From a virus (taxonomy: Duplodnaviria > Caudoviricetes), in IMG/VR virus record IMGVR_UViG_3300043177_000122, positions 192,001-256,000 of that record: a stretch of DNA of 64,000 nt; one strand, written 5' to 3'. This document shows, in pieces, positions 38,225 through 47,701 of this stretch (position 1 is the first letter of the stretch; each line of letters begins with the position of its first letter). The translations under genes were made by a program, and so were the position numbers. Under the pieces are notes generated by a model. The model was not told where the DNA came from and searched no databases. It saw only the letters and a list, made by a program, of their open reading frames with translations.

Positions 38225-39238
38225 ATGAATATGTTTAGTGGTAAAGGCGAATTGAACGCCTCATCTTTAAAAGATGCATTGCAGGCATTGGTAAAGTATG
38301 CAGCCATTCTCGAAGAGAATGTTCCTGCCAACCAAGGTCTCGCCGGCCAACCAGCATTGAGCGATGAGAAACGCGATGAGTTAATCACTCGTGCTATCAT
38401 GACTCAGGACGGAAAGATTGCTTTAGCTCAGGCTATGGCAAACCCAATCCGTAGAAACCTAGACTACCACGGTATCGCTCGTCGTGCCTTGGTTGTTGAC
38501 CCACTACCACAGGGAGCAATTCCAACTTACGATAGAGATATCGATGTTGCCGCAGTTGTTATCTCTTCCAACGGTACAGGTCCAGAGTCCCGTGTATTCG
38601 GTGACCGTGTAGTTGTTCCTGAGTTTGAAATCTACGCCAACCCAACGGTTCGTATCGCTGAGGTAAAGCGTCGTAGATTCAACGTCATTGACCGTGCCGT
38701 TCAGAAGGCTCGTCAAGAGATTATGGCCCAAGAAGATGCTAACATCTTTGCCGCTCTTGATGCAGCTTCCTCTGTCGAGAACACTCTCACTGATATCGCC
38801 GATGCAGGTTTGATAAAGCGTGACTTGGTTGAAATCAAGTCACAGATTGAACGTTGGGACTTGGTAACCACCAAGTACTTTATGAACATCAACGAGTTCA
38901 CTGACATGCTCAAGTGGGGTTCTGGTGGTGGACAAGGTGTTGGCGGAGGAGACTTCGATCCAGTAACCATGCGTGAAGTTCTACAGACCGGTCTATATGC
39001 CCACATCTGGGGTACTGATATTATGGTATCCAAGATTGTACCTCCTGGTACGATATATGGCGTGGCAGATCCCGAATTCGTAGGAGTCATGCCAATCCGT
39101 CAGGACATTGAAGTGCTTCCTGCCGACGAACCAAAACAACTAAAATTGGGTTGGGTAGTTAGCGAAATCATCGGAATTGCTATAGTTAATCCAAGAGGCT
39201 GTGCCGCCGGAAGAAAAAGCGTAGTTATCGGGGCTTGA
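38225..39238 (+). CDS. Major capsid protein (HK97 fold)
   Basis: 337 aa after cement gene, AGGAG SD, strong terminator after; PEFEIYANP, AQEDANIF, LGWVVSEIIGIAIVNP. Confidence 0.8.
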   Translation: MNMFSGKGELNASSLKDALQALVKYAAILEENVPANQGLAGQPALSDEKRDELITRAIMTQDGKIALAQAMANPIRRNLDYHGIARRALVVDPLPQGAIPTYDRDIDVAAVVISSNGTGPESRVFGDRVVVPEFEIYANPTVRIAEVKRRRFNVIDRAVQKARQEIMAQEDANIFAALDAASSVENTLTDIADAGLIKRDLVEIKSQIERWDLVTTKYFMNINEFTDMLKWGSGGGQGVGGGDFDPVTMREVLQTGLYAHIWGTDIMVSKIVPPGTIYGVADPEFVGVMPIRQDIEVLPADEPKQLKLGWVVSEIIGIAIVNPRGCAAGRKSVVIGA

Positions 39239-39278
39239 TCAATAATATCAAGTAGTTAGATAGCTAAAATGAGTTAAG

Positions 39279-39302
39279 AAAAAGCCGCTTTCGCGGCTTT
39301 TT
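39279..39302. terminator. Bidirectional intrinsic terminator
   Basis: AAAAAGCCGC-TTTC-GCGGCTTTTT. Confidence 0.9.
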
Positions 39303-39346
39303 CGTTGATATATAGCAGGTGTATATACATAATTTGGACTATAACT

Positions 39347-39490
39347 ATGAGTCTAACACCTATCAAACAACGAAACACTAAAAATAATGTTCTTATCGAC
39401 GCCAAAATTGATGAAATTAACCGTCTCTATCAGGAAGGTATTTCCCTAACAAAAATTGGTCAGCAACTTGGCATACACCATTTGGCCTGA
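39347..39490 (+). pseudogene. Truncated N-terminal HTH of a homing endonuclease
   Basis: EINRLYQEGISLTKIGQQLGI resembles N-terminus of 28488..29327 (IINLYNSGKQQWEIAAQLNC); ends abruptly. Confidence 0.55.
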
Positions 39491-39518
39491 TCAATATTTT
39501 TTGTTGCTGTCTTTTTCA

Positions 39519-40754
39519 TTAAAATCGACGTGCCATTTCTAGTAAACGATATTTTGTGTTCCGCTCTGGATTGCGTAGAATTTCCAGATAACACTCTTCT
39601 AGTATTTTTTTGATACGTGGGCCGGCGGGAATTCCCGCCGTCAATAGATCGTTACCATTAATTGCCATTTCTTTACGAGTTAAGACAACCAATCCTTTGT
39701 ATTCCTCCAACAATGCTCCAGCCGCCAAACCCATAGGCTCAGTCAACTGTAGAAATTGTTCTAGAGTCTCTTCCCAAGGGTCGGGGCTATGGTTCTTCAC
39801 GACCGCCATAAAGCTCTTATAAGCAAGAGCCGTATTCTTCTCTTGAAAAACCATAAATTTCTCGATAAGCTGAATTAAGAAGATAACTCGTTTGATTTCC
39901 TTATTAGAGAACTTCAAACCAATTAATTCTTCTTGCACCTGCTCAATCGGCAACTTGTTATACAAGAATGCTAATCTGACTTCCAAAGATCCTTGAACAT
40001 AATCTTGATGAGATAACAGTGGAAGTTGCTTGCCAGCAAGAAGCGGACAAGCAATATCCAAAGCGCCAGATTCTTTTAGAATTTGGAGACCATAAGAAGG
40101 GTATGCAGACAATAAAGTTTTTGACAATTCATCACTAATACGCTCCTTGGATACCTTTTTCAAAGTTTCAAGACTGCTTCTCATTCCTTGAAAAGTATTA
40201 TTATCAACTGGATAACCAAATCTGGCAGCAAATCGAGCCACTCGCATAATACGCAATCCGTCTTCTTGGAAGCGCACCAAAGGATTACCTACCGCTTTGA
40301 TCAAACCATTTTTAAGGTCTTCTACTCCTCCAAAAGGGTCTTCAAAACGATAGCTAATTGGATCATAAGCAATAGCATTGATGGTTAAATCTCGTCTAGC
40401 CAAATCTTTATTAACATCCATGATAAAGAAGACTTCATTGGGCCTACGGCCGTCAGAATATTCTCCTTCAATTCTAAATGTAGTAACTTCGAAATGGTTT
40501 TCAATACCTTCACCCATGCAAACCATCACGGTTCCATATTGTAGTCCAGAAGGAATGGTTTTTGAGAAAAGCTCCATAACTCTTTTGGGGCTAGCGTCAG
40601 TGGTAATATCCCAGTCCTTGGGCTTCTGCCCTAGAAGTAGGTCTCGCACACAACCGCCTACGATAAAAGCTTGGTAATTATGTTCTTGTAGTATTTTACA
40701 AATCTCAATTGCACGAGGGTGAATTAGATGTGTGGAAATAGGTTGATGTTCCAT
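39519..40754 (-). CDS. cca: CCA-adding tRNA nucleotidyltransferase
   Basis: VGGCVRDLLLG, DWDITT, EVTTFR.E..YSDGRRP, DLARRDLTINA, EDGLRIMRVARF, VSKERISDEL; ATG 40754 fits promoter spacing. Confidence 0.85.
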   Translation of the reverse strand: MEHQPISTHLIHPRAIEICKILQEHNYQAFIVGGCVRDLLLGQKPKDWDITTDASPKRVMELFSKTIPSGLQYGTVMVCMGEGIENHFEVTTFRIEGEYSDGRRPNEVFFIMDVNKDLARRDLTINAIAYDPISYRFEDPFGGVEDLKNGLIKAVGNPLVRFQEDGLRIMRVARFAARFGYPVDNNTFQGMRSSLETLKKVSKERISDELSKTLLSAYPSYGLQILKESGALDIACPLLAGKQLPLLSHQDYVQGSLEVRLAFLYNKLPIEQVQEELIGLKFSNKEIKRVIFLIQLIEKFMVFQEKNTALAYKSFMAVVKNHSPDPWEETLEQFLQLTEPMGLAAGALLEEYKGLVVLTRKEMAINGNDLLTAGIPAGPRIKKILEECYLEILRNPERNTKYRLLEMARRF

Positions 40755-40761
40755 GAAAGGC

Positions 40762-40789
40762 ATTCTAAAACTTAAAAATTACGTGTCAA
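40762..40789 (-). promoter_or_regulatory. Host sigma70-type promoter for cca
   Basis: Minus strand TTGACA-N16-TAGAAT; 7 nt between -10 box and ATG. Confidence 0.75.
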
Positions 40790-40802
40790 GCGGGCCGGCG
40801 TG

Positions 40803-40817
40803 TAATAAGTAGGCATA
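40803..40817 (+). promoter_or_regulatory. Putative phage late promoter
   Basis: TAATA-AGTAG-GCATA upstream of 40849. Confidence 0.45.
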
Positions 40818-40848
40818 TTAGAAGAGTTCTATCAAAAGACAGAGGCAA

Positions 40849-41559
40849 ATGAGTTTGTTAGGGGTTACCGAGCTTTACAATTTGATTTCCAGGGGTTCAC
40901 AAGATGTGTCAACCAGGAAACAATCCAGATTGCTACGTAAAGTGGCTTTGGAAACAGTAACGGCTGGTCAAGGGTTTACCAAAATGGCCTTTGATACTCG
41001 TCGTATTGATCAAGAAACAGAATACAATCCTCGTAGAGGTCTTCAGAATTATCAGCGTAGCGAACAGTTTATTTCCGAAGGTCTTGCTCAAAGAATTAAA
41101 AATTTTGCTAAACTTCGTAAAGTTCTTAATGGAATAAAAGAGGTTTATGGTAAAGATAATGATTGGCAAGATAGTAATGCCCGTATTCTTTTGACAGCTA
41201 TTGATAAAGGACTTCGCACTGGTCTGGATGATGGTGATTTTGGAGCACAGAATCAACCAGGTGTTGGTAGTTTTGACTACTTAGAAGAACTTATGAATGT
41301 TAGATATCGTTTAACTTATGACGATCTAATTAGAATGGGTGAATCCGAACTCAAGAATGTTATATTATCAAAGGATGAGGAGCTTGTGCGCAAAGATGTG
41401 AAACAAGCTTTGGAAATTACTAAAAACGATGTCGCCACTAAGGGTTATGACTCATTGATTGAAAAGCTTTTAGAAGGATGTAAGGCAAGTGCCGAGAATC
41501 CTGATGTTGAAAGAACAATCACCATAACTATTAGAGACAAATTTCATAAAGAGGGCTAA
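40849..41559 (+). CDS. Hypothetical protein
   Basis: GAGG SD; LRKVA/L. Confidence 0.6.
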   Translation: MSLLGVTELYNLISRGSQDVSTRKQSRLLRKVALETVTAGQGFTKMAFDTRRIDQETEYNPRRGLQNYQRSEQFISEGLAQRIKNFAKLRKVLNGIKEVYGKDNDWQDSNARILLTAIDKGLRTGLDDGDFGAQNQPGVGSFDYLEELMNVRYRLTYDDLIRMGESELKNVILSKDEELVRKDVKQALEITKNDVATKGYDSLIEKLLEGCKASAENPDVERTITITIRDKFHKEG

Positions 41560-41562
41560 GTC

Positions 41563-42252
41563 ATGGGAATGAATGTTTTCGCCCCGCATCAGCCTCAATG
41601 TGGACAATTCATAGTAAGAAATGTCTCGCCTCAGCGCAAGACTATTTTTATTTTCAATTATCCAATCAATCTAAACGAAACTAGAGATCTACTTAAAATA
41701 CCTGGAATATTTGAAGCAGAAATCAAATCATCTTTGATGAAAGGAACGCTCAGAAGAAAGTTTCTTAACAAAGATATTGAGCTAGTTATTAGTAATATTG
41801 ATTTGTTGCAATTTACTGATTGTGGCATTCAATACCTAGAAGGTTATGGGTTTACTACTGGTGTAAGAATTGGATTTGATCAATTAGATGGTTATGTTCA
41901 GAATTTGATTACTAGTAGTGGAGGGGGTGGACTTACTCCAAATGAGCATCGCACTTTAAGACACTTAATTCATTTTATTGATGAAGGCCCAGGTGATGGT
42001 TTTGCATCAGGAGCTTTCAAAGAGGTACTACCCCCTGGAAGTCCATTTCCAACATCTATCACTTGGTACTTAGATGTAGCGAAAACTAAAAAGTTAGTAG
42101 AAAAGTTTATTACTTATACCAATGTAGCATTTCCAACAACTATACATTGGAATATGTATGATTATGATGGTGTGACTATTGTACATACAGTCATTGATAC
42201 TATCACATATAATACTGCTTTTGAAGGCACAAGAACAAGGACGATACTCTAA
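41563..42252 (+). CDS. Hypothetical virion-like protein
   Basis: 229-aa ORF heading beta-rich structural cluster. Confidence 0.55.
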   Translation: MGMNVFAPHQPQCGQFIVRNVSPQRKTIFIFNYPINLNETRDLLKIPGIFEAEIKSSLMKGTLRRKFLNKDIELVISNIDLLQFTDCGIQYLEGYGFTTGVRIGFDQLDGYVQNLITSSGGGGLTPNEHRTLRHLIHFIDEGPGDGFASGAFKEVLPPGSPFPTSITWYLDVAKTKKLVEKFITYTNVAFPTTIHWNMYDYDGVTIVHTVIDTITYNTAFEGTRTRTIL

Positions 42253-42749
42253 TGTCTAATGAGTCACCAGCAGCGATTCTGTTTAATGACCTTGGGTTTC
42301 CGATTGGAGTCCTGTACGATGGATATGTTTATCGTCTTCAAACAGAAAGTGTATTAAATGACCCAGCCGGTCATGGTCCGGTAACTGTTAAGCCAAGCAA
42401 TCAAGCTGCCGTCTCGTCCGACCGAGCTTTGGTTGTTGCTATTTCACCAAATAACTCTTTTACTGTTTCTCAAGCCAAACCGGCTACTACGGCAACTTCC
42501 AGTGTTCCAGCCGCCATAACTGACACCACACTTTTATCAGCCAATAGTATACGATTAGGAGCGACAATATATAATAACTCCATGCATTTTTTGTATCTCA
42601 AACTTGGTTCATCAGTCTCGTTAGCTGATTTTACTATTAAGTTATTTCCTTTAAGTTACTATGAAGTACCTTACGGATACACTGGTCAAATAAATGGAAT
42701 TTGGTCTCAAGCAAATGGGTCAGCAAAAATAACCGAATTGACTCCATAA
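42252..42749 (+). CDS. Fibre/decoration-like protein
   Basis: N-terminal SPAAILF motif and C-terminal domain shared with 42811..43869. Confidence 0.55.
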   Translation: MSNESPAAILFNDLGFPIGVLYDGYVYRLQTESVLNDPAGHGPVTVKPSNQAAVSSDRALVVAISPNNSFTVSQAKPATTATSSVPAAITDTTLLSANSIRLGATIYNNSMHFLYLKLGSSVSLADFTIKLFPLSYYEVPYGYTGQINGIWSQANGSAKITELTP

Positions 42750-42810
42750 ATATACTACTAAACCCATATTTAAAGTAGTAAGTTAAATTATATTAACTTA
42801 AGGAACAACT

Positions 42811-43869
42811 ATGTCAGGAATATCTCCATCATCAGTTTTGTTTAGTTCAGACGGCTATGAATTAGCAGTAGTTCATAACGATCCATTTGTACCTGGTACT
42901 CGTAGTATTCTATTTGCAGGTAATGATGGCACCAATACTCGTACAATTCTAATTGACTCTTCAGCACGTCAGATAGTGGCTGGTGCAGGCACTGCAGGAT
43001 CTCCTGCTGGCGGCGTAATCACCATCCAGGGTGATCCGTCAATGACTCCAGTCATTGTTAATCAGGGAACTAATCCTTGGACTGTTAGCGGTACAGTAGC
43101 TGTAAGCTCCGTATCTGGTACAGTAGCTGTTACCCAGTCTACCTCTCCTTGGGTAGTAAGCGGAACAGTTACCTCTAACCAGGGTACACCAAACTCTCTA
43201 GCCAACGCTTGGCCAATTACTATTACAGATGGTTATGGTAATATTCAAGGCTCTGCTGTAAACCCAGTATATGTAGCTGGTACTATCAGTGCAACTAACC
43301 CATCTGTAGGTTCTAACAATGCAGCCGCTCTTGGATTCGATACTCAAGTAGGTGGTATTGTAGCTACAGCCGCTCCTACATTAACCAACGGTAACTTGAG
43401 CGCACTATCTCTTACTACTCTTGGTGGTTTGAGAATTGACGGTGTTTATGCTGGTGCAACAGCAACTTCCACTGCAACTGATATGATGGTTAACGGTGGT
43501 TATGTAACAACTGCTGCCCCATCTTACACTAACAATACTCTAAATGCGCTATCTCTTGATACTGCTGGTAGTTTGAGAGTAGTTAGCAAGAAAGCAGGAG
43601 CATCTACTGTAACTGCTGTTAATGCTGTAGCAAACTCTAGCTATACTGCATTGGCTGCCAATGCTAGCAGACTAGGAGCTTTCATCTTTAATGACACTAA
43701 TAAAACTTTGTACGTTAAACTTGGAGCTACTGCAAGTACAACTAGTTTTACTACTGTACTTTTCAGCAAAGCTTACTGGGAAACTCCAGCAGATTATACC
43801 GGTATCATCGATGTATTCTCCCCAAGTGGTACCTCTGGAAATGTTTTGGTTACCGAAATCACTCCATAA
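42811..43869 (+). CDS. Fibre/decoration-like protein
   Basis: Thr/Gly/Ser-rich repeats (VTQSTSPWVVSGTV), modules shared with both neighbours. Confidence 0.6.
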   Translation: MSGISPSSVLFSSDGYELAVVHNDPFVPGTRSILFAGNDGTNTRTILIDSSARQIVAGAGTAGSPAGGVITIQGDPSMTPVIVNQGTNPWTVSGTVAVSSVSGTVAVTQSTSPWVVSGTVTSNQGTPNSLANAWPITITDGYGNIQGSAVNPVYVAGTISATNPSVGSNNAAALGFDTQVGGIVATAAPTLTNGNLSALSLTTLGGLRIDGVYAGATATSTATDMMVNGGYVTTAAPSYTNNTLNALSLDTAGSLRVVSKKAGASTVTAVNAVANSSYTALAANASRLGAFIFNDTNKTLYVKLGATASTTSFTTVLFSKAYWETPADYTGIIDVFSPSGTSGNVLVTEITP

Positions 43870-43908
43870 TTTAAGTAATTGATAGTTAGTCAATATAAAT
43901 AAATTCTG

Positions 43909-43936
43909 AAAAGCTCGTTAGTGATGGCGGGCTTTT
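43909..43936 (+). terminator. Intrinsic terminator
   Basis: AAAAGCTCGTTA-GTGA-TGGCGGGCTTTT with G-U pairs. Confidence 0.7.
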
Positions 43937-43976
43937 CTATTTTGTTCATAATAGTGCATAAGTAAGAAGAGGAAAT

Positions 43977-45443
43977 ATGTCATCAGGCTCAGAAGCAGTA
44001 TTATATGATATTTTTGGCGACCCAATGGCTGTGGAAGTTGACACTGCCATACCGGCAGGGACAGCTTTGCTTATTGGGGGAGGTTCTGATGGTACCAATG
44101 CTAGATACATTAAAGTAGATTCTTCCGGAAATCAAGTAATGATTGGTCTTGGTGCTGCAGGATCACCTGCTGGTGGTGTTCTTTCTATTCAAGGAGTAGG
44201 AGGAGGAACACCTGTTCCTGTTTCAGGGACCGTAACAGCAAATGCAGGATCTGGAAATTTTTCAGTAGTACAGGCTACGGCTGCAAACTTAAATGCAACA
44301 GTAATTGGAACTGTAACTTCTAATATAGGTACAACTGGTGGTTTAGCTCTTGAAACAACATTATCTAAACTAACTATTACCCCAGGAGCTGCAATTGGCT
44401 CAAATACATTAGCTATGATTGGTGGACATGTTACTACTACCTCCCCAACATATACTAATGGAAATATCAATCCATTATCTTTAACTACAGCAGGAGCTTT
44501 AAGAGTTGATGCTTCAAATGTAGTACATCCAGTTTCGCAAAGTGGAACTTGGACAGTTCAGCAAGGAACTCCACCTTGGTCAGTTATTGGCCCTGCTGCT
44601 AATGGCGACGCATTATCAGGTAATCCTGTTAGAGTTGCAGGATCAGACGGAGCAAATACTAGAAATATATTAACAGATACTTCTGGGCGAATAGTTATTA
44701 TAGGGGCGGGTGCAGCTAATGCTGCATTAACAGGCAATCCAGTTTTAATTGGGGAATCAGATGGTACTAATTTACAAATTCCAAGAGTATTTGATTTAGA
44801 TACTGGTGCCGGCTCACAATATGTTAGTGGAGTAAATTTGAGATTCTCTGCCTCAGGAGGATCTGTAGAGGCTGGAACATCTTTAAATCCAATTAACATT
44901 ACTGGAACTGTAATTACATCAGAAACTGGCGGAACATCACCAACTTTTTATGTAATATTTGATAGAATAATACCTGGAAATAATAAATACATGGCTACTC
45001 TTTTTAATACTAGTTCCACTAAGAAAATTGTCGTGTATAAAATAAGTCGTTATAATTGGCAAGTTGCTGCTGTAAACGGGCAAACATTAGAGCAATATTT
45101 AACTAAAATATCTGCAAGAACTGCAGGGACTGCTGCTACTATTTATCCTTCTGATAGTTCTGATATATTGCCTGCTGGAATTACAGCCCATACTAATTCT
45201 ACAGGTGTTACAGAAACTAATTTAATTAGAAGATTTTTTGCTTCATCTGAAGAAGCTAATTTATCTAACTCTAATTTTTATAATGCTTTAAGCTTAGATT
45301 ATTCTGTAGCCATCTATGAAAGAGTTGTTGGTACAAGAGGGTTAGTTTTAAGACAAAATGAAGGTATTGCTATAAGAAATGTAACTAATTCAACAGTTGG
45401 AACAGTATCATATGCTTTTGAATTTGTTGTTGAGGACGTATAA
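43977..45443 (+). CDS. Fibre/decoration-like protein
   Basis: GAGG SD; three G.DG.N modules; GSPAGG shared with 42811. Confidence 0.6.
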   Translation: MSSGSEAVLYDIFGDPMAVEVDTAIPAGTALLIGGGSDGTNARYIKVDSSGNQVMIGLGAAGSPAGGVLSIQGVGGGTPVPVSGTVTANAGSGNFSVVQATAANLNATVIGTVTSNIGTTGGLALETTLSKLTITPGAAIGSNTLAMIGGHVTTTSPTYTNGNINPLSLTTAGALRVDASNVVHPVSQSGTWTVQQGTPPWSVIGPAANGDALSGNPVRVAGSDGANTRNILTDTSGRIVIIGAGAANAALTGNPVLIGESDGTNLQIPRVFDLDTGAGSQYVSGVNLRFSASGGSVEAGTSLNPINITGTVITSETGGTSPTFYVIFDRIIPGNNKYMATLFNTSSTKKIVVYKISRYNWQVAAVNGQTLEQYLTKISARTAGTAATIYPSDSSDILPAGITAHTNSTGVTETNLIRRFFASSEEANLSNSNFYNALSLDYSVAIYERVVGTRGLVLRQNEGIAIRNVTNSTVGTVSYAFEFVVEDV

Positions 45444-46411
45444 TGCATTTAACAATTGGTAGTGGATTAATTTCTGTATATAAAACATGGAGTGATATGA
45501 AAGCCATTATTTCTCAGAAGAGGCTTTCTTTGCAATATGATGAAGATAATGAATTATATAAGCTATTTTTATTGGATGACAAAATAGTTTATTTATGTAT
45601 AATATACAAGGGAACCGTTCCAGTAGAATCTGGTATTACACAAGTAGATAATGATAATGATAAAACTGATTTTGAAACAAATTACAAAAATTATTGTAAT
45701 TATCCAATCAATTTTAATCCTCTTTTAGATCCTAGGATTATTCACAAATTTGGTAATATCACTACAACAGCAGTTACTGAGGTATTATGCTCAACTAGAA
45801 CATACAATGAGCAAGCAGCGCAAGCTCAACGTTCCGTTAAATCAAGCAGTGCTCAAGATGCAGACGCAGGATCTGGCGCCAAAGCTGTTCGTTTAGTATA
45901 TTTAGATTCTAACTATGTGAAAAAATCAGAAATAATAACATTAAATGGTACAACCGCCGTTGCGACGGTAGCAACGGATATAAGATTTGTTGAGTCATTT
46001 GATGTTGTTCAGGGCGCTGCTGCTGCTGGAGCTATAGAATTATGGACAAATACTAATGGTACTGGTACTGCTATTTGCGGAATTGCCTCTGCAACTACTA
46101 GTGCATTTTTATGTCATCATTATGTTCCTGCTGGAATGATATGTATTGTGTATAACTGGGGAGGCACCTGTAGTGATGATGTTAGTTTTAAACTATGGGG
46201 ACAGCAGATTGTAAATAATAACAGAACAAATCAGATTATTGATTTAGATAATTTGACCGGTTTAACTGCAGGCACAAGATCATCATTTAATAGAAATCTA
46301 GGAGGTGTTGTTATAGGAGAGAAATGTTATATAAGAGTAACAATTGTTCCAGGACAAACGGGAAGCACAATTACTAGAGCTACTTTAGACTTATATGAAG
46401 ATAAAGCTTAA
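45443..46411 (+). CDS. Hypothetical virion-like protein
   Basis: TAATG coupling; beta-rich C-terminal domain. Confidence 0.55.
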   Translation: MHLTIGSGLISVYKTWSDMKAIISQKRLSLQYDEDNELYKLFLLDDKIVYLCIIYKGTVPVESGITQVDNDNDKTDFETNYKNYCNYPINFNPLLDPRIIHKFGNITTTAVTEVLCSTRTYNEQAAQAQRSVKSSSAQDADAGSGAKAVRLVYLDSNYVKKSEIITLNGTTAVATVATDIRFVESFDVVQGAAAAGAIELWTNTNGTGTAICGIASATTSAFLCHHYVPAGMICIVYNWGGTCSDDVSFKLWGQQIVNNNRTNQIIDLDNLTGLTAGTRSSFNRNLGGVVIGEKCYIRVTIVPGQTGSTITRATLDLYEDKA

Positions 46412-46423
46412 TTAGGAGATTGC

Positions 46424-47626
46424 ATGAAGAATATTTTAATTTTATTAGGTTGTTTGTTAGCTGTTTTAGTATCAAGTTGCGCAGCATCTAATACAGAATC
46501 ATGCATTGAATCATCAAATGTTTTAGAATCTCAGACATCTAATATTTCAGTATGTTTAACTCCTTCGCAATTAGTAACAGATTTAACAAATGCAAGCCAA
46601 TCTAATGTAATAAGTTTAAGCGGCGTAAATCCACTTAACTGTCCAGAGGTTTCTATGACTGAAACTTGGACGGGTGGCAAATTAGTTTTCTCTGATTCTC
46701 CAGAAAGCCCATCTGTTAGGGCAAAACTATATGAAGATCCGAATTTGCCAGCAACTTCTGGAACAAATTATCATAGATTATTTGTTTATCATGTCAATGG
46801 CAAATCATCAGGCAATATGAGATTTACTGTTTTAGTAAAAAACACCAGCGCTTCTAGTGCAACTTTAACTGTACAAAAGAAAGGTACTGCAGGACCTTCT
46901 ACAAGTTATTTATATACTGGTAAACTTGGATTTAATAGATGGACAACATCAACTGCAAGCTCTCCAGTTACTGTTAATCCAGGATCAACTGTTAGATTAG
47001 ATACTACATTTGATAGTACTAATGTTGGACCAGGTAACTTACTACATGGAATTTGGGATTATTCTATGACTCAATCTCATCAGGTAACAATTTGTGCATT
47101 AAATCAAAATGATAATCCATTAAGTGTTTGTCCGGGCTTATCTGTGACTGCAAGAGACACTCATAATCGTGGAACTTTTCCATTTGCAGACAAAGTCTAT
47201 GACACTTCTGTTGGTGTCACTGTAGATACTGCTGATGGTATTCAGCAATTTGCCTTAGCAAGTGGCATGGTTTATGATACATGGGCAGTAGGAACTGATG
47301 TAACTGACGGATCTACGCAAACTCTAAATGGTAATTATGGCGTTTTGTATCGTATGCATCTTAATACTTCTAATTCAGATGGCCAAAAATTTGGGTTCTT
47401 ACTTAATCCAAGAGGTGGTCAATGGGGCGGGGCTGTATGGGCAGCACCGGGAATTACACCAGGTGGTAAATTCTTAATTCCGGCAGCTAGCGGATCAACT
47501 GGTGATAATACTAAAGGCGCTGTAGAGGGGAAATATAATCCTACTAGTGTTCCATCACCATGGCTTCAGTTTATGCCAACTGGTGGAGCTTCTTTCCCAT
47601 TAAGATTTGTTATGGTTCCTCACTAA
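46424..47626 (+). CDS. Predicted lipoprotein (accessory gene)
   Basis: MKNILILLGCLLAVLVSS/C signal peptide with lipobox; AGGAG SD. Confidence 0.7.
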   Translation: MKNILILLGCLLAVLVSSCAASNTESCIESSNVLESQTSNISVCLTPSQLVTDLTNASQSNVISLSGVNPLNCPEVSMTETWTGGKLVFSDSPESPSVRAKLYEDPNLPATSGTNYHRLFVYHVNGKSSGNMRFTVLVKNTSASSATLTVQKKGTAGPSTSYLYTGKLGFNRWTTSTASSPVTVNPGSTVRLDTTFDSTNVGPGNLLHGIWDYSMTQSHQVTICALNQNDNPLSVCPGLSVTARDTHNRGTFPFADKVYDTSVGVTVDTADGIQQFALASGMVYDTWAVGTDVTDGSTQTLNGNYGVLYRMHLNTSNSDGQKFGFLLNPRGGQWGGAVWAAPGITPGGKFLIPAASGSTGDNTKGAVEGKYNPTSVPSPWLQFMPTGGASFPLRFVMVPH

Positions 47627-47647
47627 AAATATCTTAATTTAATAATG

Positions 47648-47685
47648 AAAGCTCGGTGATAATATCACCGAGCTTTTCTTTTTTT
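47648..47685 (+). terminator. Intrinsic terminator
   Basis: AAAGCTCGGTGAT-AAT-ATCACCGAGCTTT plus T tract. Confidence 0.9.
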
Positions 47686-47701
47686 CATCTGGTTAATTTG
47701 A

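Noticed and set aside
13325-39238. Group I introns or inteins hosting the endonucleases
   Set aside because: terL, portal, protease and MCP read as continuous ORFs; no intein terminal motifs or split exons seen
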